Origin: Prorocentrum cordatum
Lineage: Eukaryota
Direction: 5' to 3'
NCBI GenBank assembly: GCA_963575745.1
Contig: CAUYUJ010000030.1
Location: 62,001-119,412 of the forward strand
Length of the DNA: 57,412 nucleotides
Shown piece after piece: positions 46,866 through 57,412 of this stretch (position 1 is its first letter; the number at the start of each line of letters is the position of its first letter). Position numbers and translations under genes: made by a program. The notes below the pieces were generated by a model. That model made no database searches, was not told the DNA's origin, and worked only from the letters and a program-made list of their open reading frames with translations.

Positions 46866-47857
46866 CCGTGCCACGGCATGCAATGCAATGCTAGGTCGAT
46901 ACTACGCTTTGCGGTGCTCGTCTACGCCAGGCCACGCCGTGCTCTACAATGCATCACGTACCCTTTCGGGATCATTGCCCTGCTCGACATCCGACTGTGC
47001 GAGTGAGAGGGGATCCGCGCCATGGTAAGGGATGGGGGAGGGGTAGGATGTCACATATGACGCGAGCGCACCTAGCTTAGCCTCCTCCCCCTCCCCCTCC
47101 TGCAGCCGAAAGCGGGTCTGTGCGCACGTGCCCGACGCCATCCACTGACGCCGAAGAGGCACACCAGGAAGGTGTACTGCTCCTTCTCCGCTCCTTTCCC
47201 TTCTGATTAACCCCTCCTTGTCGCACCCCGAGGCTGGTCGGAAGGGCGGGCCGGGCGTTCCGCCTGAGATTTCTTCACATTTGATGACCCTGAGACTTAG
47301 CAATTGACAGCAGTTTCGCGGATGGTGGGCGGGCAGTTTTCAAAATGTGGCTCTCGCCTTAGCGCCACGCGCATTCGTTTCAAAACATTGCGAAACTTTT
47401 GCGGATTGGGGGCGGGCCATTTTCAAAAAGAGACTCTGGCCGCATTCGTTGTACAAAATTTCAACAGTTTCACGGATTGAGGACGGTTGCGTTTCAAAGT
47501 GTGGCTCTCTCCTGAGCACCGCTCTCTCAAGTTTTACGAACTCCCATGGCTGGTGTACCAGAAATTGCGTTTTGGAACGATTCGGGATTGTCAGGGCGCA
47601 ACAGTGATGTTTGTTCGCGGTGTTGAAATCCCAAGAACGGCGTTCTGGCACGATCCGGGATCGTCAAGACGCGACAGTCAAGTGGATTCATGGCATTGCA
47701 GTTCCGAGCATGGTGTTCTGCCTCGCTTTAGGATCTTCCAACGGTTGTCCCCCAACAGGGCACTTCCCTGGGTGGAAATGAACCCTTGTAGGGGCCTATG
47801 AAAAGAGAGAGCTTGGAGGGATGGTGTCAAACTCGTTGATGAGTCTGGGTTTACACA

Positions 47858-48632
47858 GGTCCTCCTCCTCCTTCTCCTCCTTCTCCTCCTCCTCCTCCTC
47901 ATCATCACCATCCTCCTCCTCCTCCTCTTCAACCTCCTCCTCCTGCGGGAACTCCCCCCGACCTCCGAAGACCTCCAGAGGGCCCCCGAATTGCGCGCCG
48001 AGACACTCGGCAGCCCGCCGAAACGCCTCCGAAGGCGACCGCCTCCGAAGGCCTCCGCTCCGAGCCTCAGAGAGAGGAAAGCAGGTGGGCCGAGGGGGAG
48101 GAGAAGGATCGAGGAGGAGGAGGAAGAAGAGGAGGATCGAGGAGGAGGAGGAGGAGGAGGATCGAGGAGGAGGAGGAGGAGGAGGAGGATCGAGGAGGAG
48201 GAGGAGGAGGAGGTCATGGAAGCCTCCCAGCGTCGCTCGGGCGGCCGCGGGGCCGCTCGCGGCAGGCGCGGGGCCGCCAACGCGCGCCGGGCCGCAAAGC
48301 AGCGCTCCTGGGCTGGCTCTCAGCGCTGGGCGCCGCCTCGGCCGCCCCGGCTCTGCCGCCGCCGCGGCCTGGACGCGGGGGCTCTCCTCCTCCTCCTCCT
48401 CCTCCTCCTCCTCGTCCTCCTCCTCGATCCTCATCCTCCTCCTCCTCCTCCTCCTCCTCCTCCTCCTCCCTCCTCTCCTCCTCCTACCTCCTCCTCCTCC
48501 TCCTCCCCCTCCTCCTCCTCCTCCCTCTCCTCCTCCTCCTCCATACCTCATCCTCCTCCTCGATCCTCCTCCTCCTCCTCCTCCTCCTCCTCCTCCTCCT
48601 CCTCCTCCTCCTCGATCGTCCTCCTCGATCCC
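47858..48632. repeat. Alternating (TCC)n / (GGA)n tracts punctuated by TCGATC
   Basis: Read directly. 48106-48212 is complementary to 48384-48630. Confidence 0.85.
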
Positions 48633-49320
48633 CGATCTCGGGGTCCGGAGTCGAAATGAGCCCTGCTGGGGGGCAGGGCGCACCGGCTGCATTCTCGCTC
48701 TCTTGCGACATGGAGTTCCAGGGTGGCCGCGTGGAGCGCCTTTCCCCCCGGCCGCCCCGACTCTTCCGCCGCCGTGGCCTGGGGGTTGGGTCCCGGGGGG
48801 CAGCGAGAGCCCAGGATCGCACGGAGAAGTCGGATGGGCGCTCGAGAGGAATCGGATCGGCGAATATCGGCAGCCAGGTCGGGAGAAGTGGAATCGGATA
48901 GGGATCGGCAGGCTAGTAGTAAGGCCTCCATTGGCAAGCCGAATTCCAAATCGGAATCCGAAGTCGAATCGAATTCAATCGGAATCGATCGAAGTCGAGC
49001 CCAATCTGGCCAACCGGGCCAGAGGATTCGAAATGAGCCCTGTTGGGGGCGGGGGGGAGTTCGCATGGGGTGCATTCTCGCTCTCTTGCGCAATGGAGTT
49101 CAGGGTGGCCGCGGGGAGCGCTTCCCCCCCCCTCCCCCCGAGAGAGCAGAGAGGAAGAGATCAGAAAAGAAGACGAAGGGTGGAACACCCCCCTCCGGCC
49201 ACGGGGCCTCACTGGCAAGCGCCCGCACGCGCAGCTTCGCCTCGTCCGCGCGCACGTCACGCACGACACATCCCGAAACCGAAACCGATGTACTAGTTGG
49301 GGCAATTCACGTTTCACTTC

Positions 49321-49458
49321 TCGGGGGCGCGCAAACATGGATTAGCGATCCATGGATTTGGCGTGCCGCCTCGTTCGGCGGCGGGAATCCGTGATTTCCC
49401 ATGTAAACGGGACCCGTCGCTAATCCACGCCCCCTTGATCCATGTTTGCGTCGCCTGA
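49321..49458. mobile_element. 138-bp MITE with TIRs and a 5-bp target-site duplication
   Basis: TIRs GGCGCGCAAACATGGAT and ATCCATGTTTGCGTCGCC. ACTTC occurs at 49316-49320 and 49459-49463. Confidence 0.7.
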
Positions 49459-50919
49459 ACTTCGGTCTCACCCCACAACCCCCGACCAACGAATTTCCGA
49501 ATGGTCAGGCACATGCAGCAGAAGTCGAGGGCGAATCAAGCAAGCGCGAGCTCAAACTGAAGATGTCACTCGAGCCTGTCGGCTTCGCGGTCACACCGAT
49601 GCAACAACAAACACTCCGACCAAGCGTGCAAGAAAAGAGGCGACACAGGTGCCGCTACCGTACCTTCGGCACGCTGATGCGTGTGAGCATGCCTGTCTGT
49701 GTGCCTGGTAGGGCTCCGATGTTTTTAGGGACGACCTCCCTCCCCAGCACGAGCGCAAGTGAGAATGTCCCAAGACGGCTGCAAGACGACCCAATACCTA
49801 CCAAATACGGCCCAACCCAAAAGAAAGGCTCCAAGATGTCCCCAAGAGGCTCCACGAGGCCACAAAAAGCCCCCAAGAGAAACCCAACATGGCTTCCAGT
49901 CAGGCCCTAAGATACCGAAACACACACGTTTACAAACTGTCAGTGTGTTCATGGGATGTGATTATTAATCGTTCTGGGTTCATATTGCCTCAGGACAGCT
50001 TTCGAGAGCTCCAAGTAGCTCCGGAGACAACCCAAAGCGGCCCCAAGACGGCCTCAAGACGGTCCTCCAAAAGGCCCGAAGGCTAGCCAAGACCGCCAGA
50101 TGAGGACGCTTACACGGCCCCAATGTCCTTGGCTTGACCGAGCCTCTGCGGGAGAGCCTGGTATTACCATCGCATCCACACCCGATTCCAGACCCACGAC
50201 AAGCCCCGCCCCCGACAACCCCCCATAGGACCCCCAGAGGGCCCCCGACAGGCTCCGAAGAGGACCCCCAAAAAGTCACTGAGAAGCCTCAGAGACGCCC
50301 CGACAAGTCAAGGAGGGAGGACGCAAGAGAGCGGAGAAGATGGCAGGGCGCAGGCGGCTTTTGCAATTGCAGTGCGCTGCATGCGTTCGGAGGTGACGCT
50401 CTCCGCCCCCCCACCCCTCACCTGCTGCTTCGCCATGGGCGCGCCGCCGAGCATCTTGCGTGGTCTTGCGGGGCGGGGCGAGGCAGGTGGCGAGGGAGGG
50501 AGCTGGAGAGGAGATCCCCCTGTGGCTCCTCCTCTGTCTCCCCCGTCCCTCCTCTCAGCCTCCACCGTCGCAAGAAAACACGTGTCCCAAGCAGTGCTTG
50601 CACATGGGGGTTCTTCCCTTTCATGGGATTGGGCCTGGCTGTCCATCTGGCCGGCGCGTGGCCGCCTCGTCACCGCCTCGTCGCCGCCCGTCGCCTGGGC
50701 CCGATTGTCGGTCTGGCCGCCCGTCGCCGCCCGTCGCCGCCTCGTCGCCGCCTCGTCGCCGCCCGTCGCCGCCGCCCCGTTGCACCCACCCCCCGTGGCA
50801 TTGCAGCCGCGTTGCGTTGCAACCGGGTTGCATTGCATTGCAATCGCACTGCGTTGCGATGCGTTGCGTTGCACCACACAAACTGCGCTACAGATATTGC
50901 GCCAAGTAGTTTGCACCAC

Positions 50920-51495
50920 ATAGGTTCTCCAATCTTAAAGTGAAGATAGACTCTACCCCCCCCCAGACTATCCCCTCCCACTAGGAAGATACAATTTACA
51001 CACGACTATGCTTCAGTTTTCACTGTGCATGTGTATTCATACAATCCCAGGATGTACCCTTATCGCCCCCCATCCCTGACAGATAGGGCACATGCGAGCA
51101 CACACACGTTGATCAACCAAGCAAGTGAAACGAATCCCTTGCAACCAAAAGTCAAAGTCCACACGCGCGAGTCATCTCGCGCGCATGTCGGAACCCCTCC
51201 AAAACAGAACATGTTGCACAGGTTTCGAGATCGAGGTTCCGGAAAGCCCATCTGTTTCAGCAAATATGCGCGCTTTTGCACATTCTTCTTACAACCAGCG
51301 GTTGTTCAACATTTTCGCCGAATGAGACCACGAGGGTCCCTCGCGCGCGCATGCCGAAATCATTCGGAATCCCCCTCGCGCTTGCTGGGCGGGGGGAGGG
51401 CGATCCCTGTCAAATAACACCATGCGGGCCACGCACGCGCGTCGGCCGCGCGCGCATGTCGAAATCCATCCAACACTTCATCAGCAACACATGGA

Positions 51496-51546
<51 letters not shown>

Positions 51547-51960
51547 TGGCGGTGCTGGCATCGGCGCCGTCATTGGCCTTGCCGTCGTCATCATCCTCAT
51601 CGCCACCACCTTCGCTACTGTCATCATCTTTGCCGCTGTTGTCCGTTGTCGACGTCATAATGATACCGCGCTCGCCTGAGTCACAGACCCGTATGAAGTG
51701 CCCGCGCGCCAGAGCAGTCTTTGACGCGCGGTGGGAACGAACCACCGGTGAGCGTCATTACGACCGCATCGGCTGCGCAAAACAAGCTAGCTGCTCTGCG
51801 CGCGAGCTTGCGCGCGACAGCGCGGTCGCAACGATGCGCCAGCCATGGTCAAGCAGTCATCGCAATCGCCGCCGCATGGATTTTGAAGATCACGTTGCGG
51901 GTGGGAGCGTGGGATGATTCCTCAAGAAGCGGAGCTGTCAACTCCAAGTTCTTCAAATTT
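50920..51960 (-). repeat. Family C composite repeat, inverted and more diverged copy
   Basis: Reverse complement of family C motifs, e.g. GCGCGCATGYCGAAAT, ATGATACCGCGC and GTTGCGGGTGGG. Confidence 0.65.
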
Positions 51961-51964
51961 AGGC

Positions 51965-52358
51965 GTAACATAAATTGCACCACACATATTGCACCGCATG
52001 ATGGCATACACCGCATGCATTGGCCAAATACAATGCGCTACGTAAGTTGCGCCACATTGAATGCACAACATAGGTTGCATGACATAGCTTATACCACATA
52101 TGATGCGCCACATCGATTGCACCAGATAGACTGCACCACGTAGCTTACACCACATAGATGGCACCACATAGAGTGCACCACATAACTTACATCACGTAGC
52201 CCACAGCACATACATTGCACCGCATGGATGACACCACAAATATTGCGCACCGCGAATTGCACCGCATAGCTTGCACCACATAGCTTGCACCACGTAGATT
52301 GCACAACATAGTATGCTAGACCACACTGTTTTGGCTCCACGCTGGCTAATATTGTTTA
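51965..52358 (+). repeat. TTGCACCAC-type degenerate array (related arrays at 10125-10430 and 50800-50920; inverted at 39170-39340)
   Basis: Shared subunit and shared end TCCAC..TGGCTAAYATTGTTT at ~10407 and ~52336. Confidence 0.65.
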
Positions 52359-53999
52359 GGTGTCAAGCAAACTTCCAGAGGACGTTTGGGACCCGGATCC
52401 TCAAACAAAAACAACTGTGGCGACAAAGGATCCCAAGGATGGGGTCGAGAGCTCTGCGGCCCACGTCGCAAAAGTACGACGGCGTGCAGAAGGTTTCGCT
52501 CTCGAGCGCCTCTAACTCAGATGCTGTTACCCTCCTCCACCCGTTCTGCCAAGGAGACGGAGCAGAAGCCATGCACTGACTGCAGGCCACTGCTGGACAC
52601 ATTGGCTGCAGCTCCATCTGCTAGTGGTCAGTTCGACATCACCAGCGTTGGCATGTTGGCTGTGCGCACTGGTCCTGGGCGACTGCGCTCGCTCGCATTC
52701 CACAGCGCCGTACATGAAAGCTGCATAAAGGCACGCGATCTTGCGCGCCAGCGTGCCAGTCCAGAAAACTCGCAAATGGCAGAGGAGTGAGCCACACACA
52801 CACACACACACACACACTTGCAGGGCTAAGACAGAATCCAAAGCTTCTGGACCCCCTGTGCATCCCCACCCCACCCGGCGAGAAATAGGCGAAAACGAGC
52901 CTGTACGCTCCCCCGCTGGTCTACGACAGCAGCCGAACGCAGAGAGCCCACAACAGCGCGCCCCGAGGAACTAGCCAAGCAAAGGCCACCTGGAAACTGT
53001 TCGGGCGGTGCTACAGGTGCCCCTGTCCCAAGGTGCCCCCAGCTTTCCGCTCCATTTTGGGCCCCCTGCGGCCCTCTGGGCCTCGTGAGGGGTTCTCTGA
53101 ATGCAGTGGGGGGCCTCCTTGGAAATCCTGGGGGCACCTCGGGCCACGGGCACCTCTAGCAACACCCGAACTGTTAGCCACCCGAGCGCAGAGAGCAGCC
53201 TGCCAGGCCCGCGCAAGAGCAGCCACAGAGATGGGCCCGGCACCGCCGAGGCACAGACCACGGCCACCAAGACACCGCCAGGGCGGCTCCGCAGAAGAGC
53301 ACAAAGCCGAAGCCCCGCACGGCAGCGACGCGGCCCACAACGGCCGCGCGATGACGACGCCCACCGAGGGGGATGCCAGGGGGGACGGCCGAAGAGTAGC
53401 GGGCGACGAACAGTATAAGATAGACTTCTCCGTCACCGGGGGCGCCTCTCCCAGGGCGGCTGGAAAATTCATACCCTGACGTGCCACCGCAGGGGTGTAA
53501 ACCCTCCAGCCGCCCTGGGACAGGCGCCCGCGACGGCGAAAATGAAGCACCCTGTGCGGCGCCACCCCCCGAGCACAAGCACCACTGCAGGTGCCGGCGC
53601 AGGCGGGCAAGTGTGGGGGGGGGGAGGGGGGGGGCAGTCGGCAGAGAGGCAGAGGCCGACCGAGGCACCCAAGGGCCCCAGTGGGCAGCCGGGGGAAGCC
53701 TCGAGCTCGGGGCGGCGCCACCAGGGGAAGAGGGGCGAGGGGGCAGGCGGCGACCGCGGGCGAGGCGGCCAGGTCCGCTGGGCCGCTGGTCCGGAGAGAC
53801 AGGCAGAGGCAGCAAACGCCAGAGCAGGGTAGCCAGCAGCAGCGGGCAGAGCGGCAGAGCATCGGCAATCGGCCGCAGCCAGCAGGAGGGAGACCACCAC
53901 CGCCTCAGGGCCGAGGTGCAATGAGGCGTTCACGGGGCCTCCCATGGGCCACGGGAGCTGGAAGGGATCCATGGGCCACCCCCAGTGGGCCACCAGCCA

Positions 54000-54355
54000 C
54001 CACTCTCTCTCTCTCGCTCTCTCTCCCTCTCATTCGCTCACTCTCTCTTTCTCTCTCTATTTCTTTCTACCTCTGTCTCACGCACACACACACACACACA
54101 TAGACACACAGACGAAAAAGGAGGCGAGCTCAACCGACCCCCAGGGGCAAAACAAGAGCTGAGCTAAACGTACGCTCGTGAGCGAGTCGGGAGCGCCGGA
54201 GTGAATGAAGAGCGTGCACAGGTCCACACACCTACACACGCACACGCACACGCACACGCACATGCACGCACACACGCACACACACACACACACACACGCG
54301 CGCGCACACGCACGCACGCACGCACGCACACAAACACACACACACACACGCGCGC

Positions 54356-54395
<40 letters not shown>

Positions 54396-54779
54396 ACTCA
54401 CACACGCGCACACACACACACACGTTTTGGGCGTCGCGGCCTCACGCGCAACTCGAAGCGAAGACGGTCGAAGAGCGGAAAGCGGGAGACGCGCGCGGCT
54501 GGCCCACTCAGAAGCCAGGGGCAGGGATCCACTCGTAGGGGGCCAAGCGTGCCATACGCACACACTTTTTGCGCCGCAGCGCGGCAGAGGCAATCCGCAT
54601 GCGCGCTCGAGCAAGCCATACGCACACACGAACATACACACACACACACACACGCACACGCACACGCACACACATGCACACACACACACGCACACACACA
54701 CACACAAACACAGGCACACACACACACACACGCTTTTGAGCGTCGCGGGCTGGAGCCACTCCAAGCCGGATACAATCGA

Positions 54780-54814
<35 letters not shown>

Positions 54815-54834
54815 CGCACACACACAGGCACGCG

Positions 54835-54873
<39 letters not shown>

Positions 54874-54880
54874 GCGAACA
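54000..54880. repeat. (CT)n and (CA/CG)n microsatellites (other such tracts at ~4060, ~6853, ~7265, ~9884, ~52793)
   Basis: Read directly from the sequence. Confidence 0.92.
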
Positions 54881-55507
54881 CATGCTTCACGCACTGGCTC
54901 AACCACGTGCACTTCAGGACAAGTATATGCTTGCGGGGAGGCCCACGGAGGGGCGACCGCCTCTCTCCCCGCAGCGCGGGCCGAACGGGTCTGGGTCTCC
55001 ACGTGCCTGTGGAAGGCTGCTGGTGGCCGGCTTTTCTCGCCCGCCTTCGCCCCAAGCCCGCCACCTGAGCGCTCAGCAGAGGCCAGCTCGAGCCAGCGAG
55101 AAAAAATATTGACCGCGCGGACAAGAGAGACGGGAGATGTCAGAACAGACGCCCGCCTCCGAGGATACCACCAGGAACTGGCCTCACACCCTAATTCTAC
55201 ACCTCCTGAAGCGCTGCTCGGAAACACAGGCGCTGGATGAACACGTCGACGTTGATTCCTCTGGGAAGGGGGGACCTTCCTTGAGAGACTCAGCATGCGA
55301 CGTTTCCTTCAAGGCACAGGCTGGTCTGCCAGTGCCGGAACATTGCATGATGTCAAGACGCAGACTCATAGGAGGACAGCAACACCCAACTTACAAACAA
55401 CATAATTGAGGCAGCCCACCCTAAACAGCTGTCCTCGGTTACGATGGAGTTAACGATCGGGGGTCGCCATGGGGGGGGCCACGATGGTGGGCCACGAAGG
55501 AGGGTTC

Positions 55508-55850
55508 GGGATAGGGGTGGGCTAGGGACAGAGATATGAATGCAGGGCTGGGGATACAGGGCTAGAGATACAGGGGTGGGGGTAATATAGGGATAGGGAT
55601 AGGGAACGGGATGGAGATATGGGAATTGGAAAGAGATGGGGGATAGGGATAGGCATAGAGGCAGAAGGATAGAGATGCGAATATGGAAAGGGATACGGAT
55701 GCGGATAAGGATAGGGATAGACAGTGGGAGACGACGAGAGACAATCGGGGGCAGTGGGAGACAATTGGAGACAGCGGAGGACAACGGGGAAAAGGATAGG
55801 GATAGAGATACGGATGCGGATCTGGGTAAGGACAAGGATAGACAATGGAT
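55508..55850. repeat. GATAGG-type low-complexity tract
   Basis: Read directly from the sequence. Confidence 0.75.
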
Positions 55851-57412
55851 GGCAACGGGAAACGACGGGAGGCAACTGGAGACGGACAGCGTGGCCGACC
55901 GATTCCAAATCCAGCAACGCACCTGTTCGTTTCTTAGGATTTTACGGAAACGTTACGGACAAGCGGTTTAGGAAATAAAGTCTGTCCAGACTGTCCAGCC
56001 GCCGCCCCTAGACGGGCACCAAACACCGAAAGCCGATGTCGCGCCCAGAACCATGAAAGCTGGGGTCAGCGAGGTTGGTTTTCGAGGAAGACCGGGGGGC
56101 ACACACGATCGATGCCAAGGAAGGGCTAATTATCATGTTGCTCGGTGGATTGACAGTGCAAATTCGACAGCATCGCCAACCCCAGTCATCATGATGCACA
56201 CACCGTTCGTCTCTGACAATGCTCGCTTCTGGCGCTAAGATCGCCCCGCCCACAGGGTTCCCGACCAGGACGACTGCTCTGAACCCCGAGCGGTTCGGCG
56301 CGGGGAAGGAGCGCACCACGCTATCTGCGCTCGGCACTCCAGCCCCGAGCGCGGGCCCGCTGCCGGCAGCGTGCTACAGGGGCGCCCTGTCCTCTGGATC
56401 CGGGAGGCGATCCCCGCCCCACCGTGCTTCGGAGCACGGCGAATTGAGACAACGGCGGCTCAAAATCGCCACCCAGACACCTTTTTCCGAACTGCGTCCT
56501 GCCACGTGGACTAAGGATCCCCCGATGGCCAACTGCCACCCTCCTCAATGCTCGGGCGCGGGGACTCAGGATCCCCCCGAAGGCCGCCTGCCGTTGTATG
56601 AACGCGCCCCCCTCAAGGCCCGGGCCCCAGGCAGGCTCCCCCCCCAGCGGCGCAGGCCACAAGGCGCTCTCGGACACTGGCCCTCCGCCTTTGCGCGCCT
56701 CCGACTTGTCCACCCTCGGTGGGGGGGGCGGATTGAGCAGGGACCGACCGTCCAAGCATTCCTAGTCCTATAGGCCTACCACGACATGTTCTTAGAGCCC
56801 CAACAAGTTCTAAGAGCAAAGCCGATGCGCTTACAACATCAAACCGATGTGTCAAAACAAGACAATCCCAGCCAGAAGCGCTCAAGGAACACTTCGTGGA
56901 AGCCACGAAAGGCTCTCGGCACAAACGCAGCGCGCGCTCTTGTAGCGACCGCCCCTGCGAGGCCGCCAGCACCCCATCGTTGGGCGCGGCGCCCCCGCGG
57001 GGCGGGCCGCGCCCGCGGGTCTGCGCAATCGCCGCCCAGGGCGCGGCGCCCGCCCCCTGGCAGGGTCACCCGGGCGCCGATCACCCCCAGGGGCGCGCGA
57101 GGGCGGGGGAAACGCCGCGCCCCAGCTGGCAGCGCCGATGGCTGGTAGCAAGGAAAGAGAACCTGCGCGGCGCGCTCGTCGCGCGCGCGAAGCTGAGCCG
57201 CCGCGACGCGGGAACCCACGGGCGGCCGAGCAAACAAACAAACAGCGCTGGCAGCGCCGCGCGGCGCGGCGCGCGGCCCCGCCTCGCAGGCCGCCCCCGC
57301 GTGGCGTCGCGCTCGTCGGCGGACGTGGCCGCCGACGCCCCCGCGCCCCCTGTTTCGCCATCGCGCGCGCGCGCGCGCGTTTGCGCCTGCCAAGCAAGCG
57401 AGTTCGTGGGCC

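Noticed and set aside
47340..47800. Unique-looking stretches (also ~6.3-6.8, 43.0-43.5, 52.4-52.8 and 55.1-56.3 kb) as host exons
   Set aside because: No recognisable domain or consistent frame. Short exons cannot be excluded without transcript data.
52325..52345. TTTTGGCTC as a dinoflagellate spliced-leader relic
   Set aside because: Only 9 nt match the SL core, and it lies within a repeat-family terminus with no gene downstream.

Overview
This is a GC-rich, repeat-saturated eukaryotic window. The repeat style and element content suggest a dinoflagellate such as Prorocentrum or Symbiodiniaceae (inference). No host gene, rRNA, tRNA or CRISPR array is recognisable, and most ORF-track entries are artefacts of low-complexity DNA. 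There are two convincing coding blocks. (1) A full-length tyrosine-recombinase retrotransposon (DIRS order, PAT/Ngaro-type split direct repeats A1...B1-A2-B2) lies at 27401-33988 on the minus strand beside a (TA)n tract. It encodes a small Cys-rich membrane ORF, Gag, RT/RNase H, a frameshifted tyrosine recombinase and a C5-cytosine DNA methyltransferase domain. (2) An intronless 730-aa ORF (14559-16751) with an APE/EEP-type endonuclease domain and a recurring 19-nt GASQPA motif sits inside a satellite-bearing element (12711-19209) with asymmetric subterminal inverted repeats. A shorter copy without the cargo lies at 44223-46275. A second family with a different satellite (34339-36280, 36483-38693, from 43523) has the same architecture and nearly the same 20-nt 3' terminus, which points to Helentron/HINE-like rolling-circle elements. 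The rest is nested MITE-like elements, tandem arrays and microsatellites.
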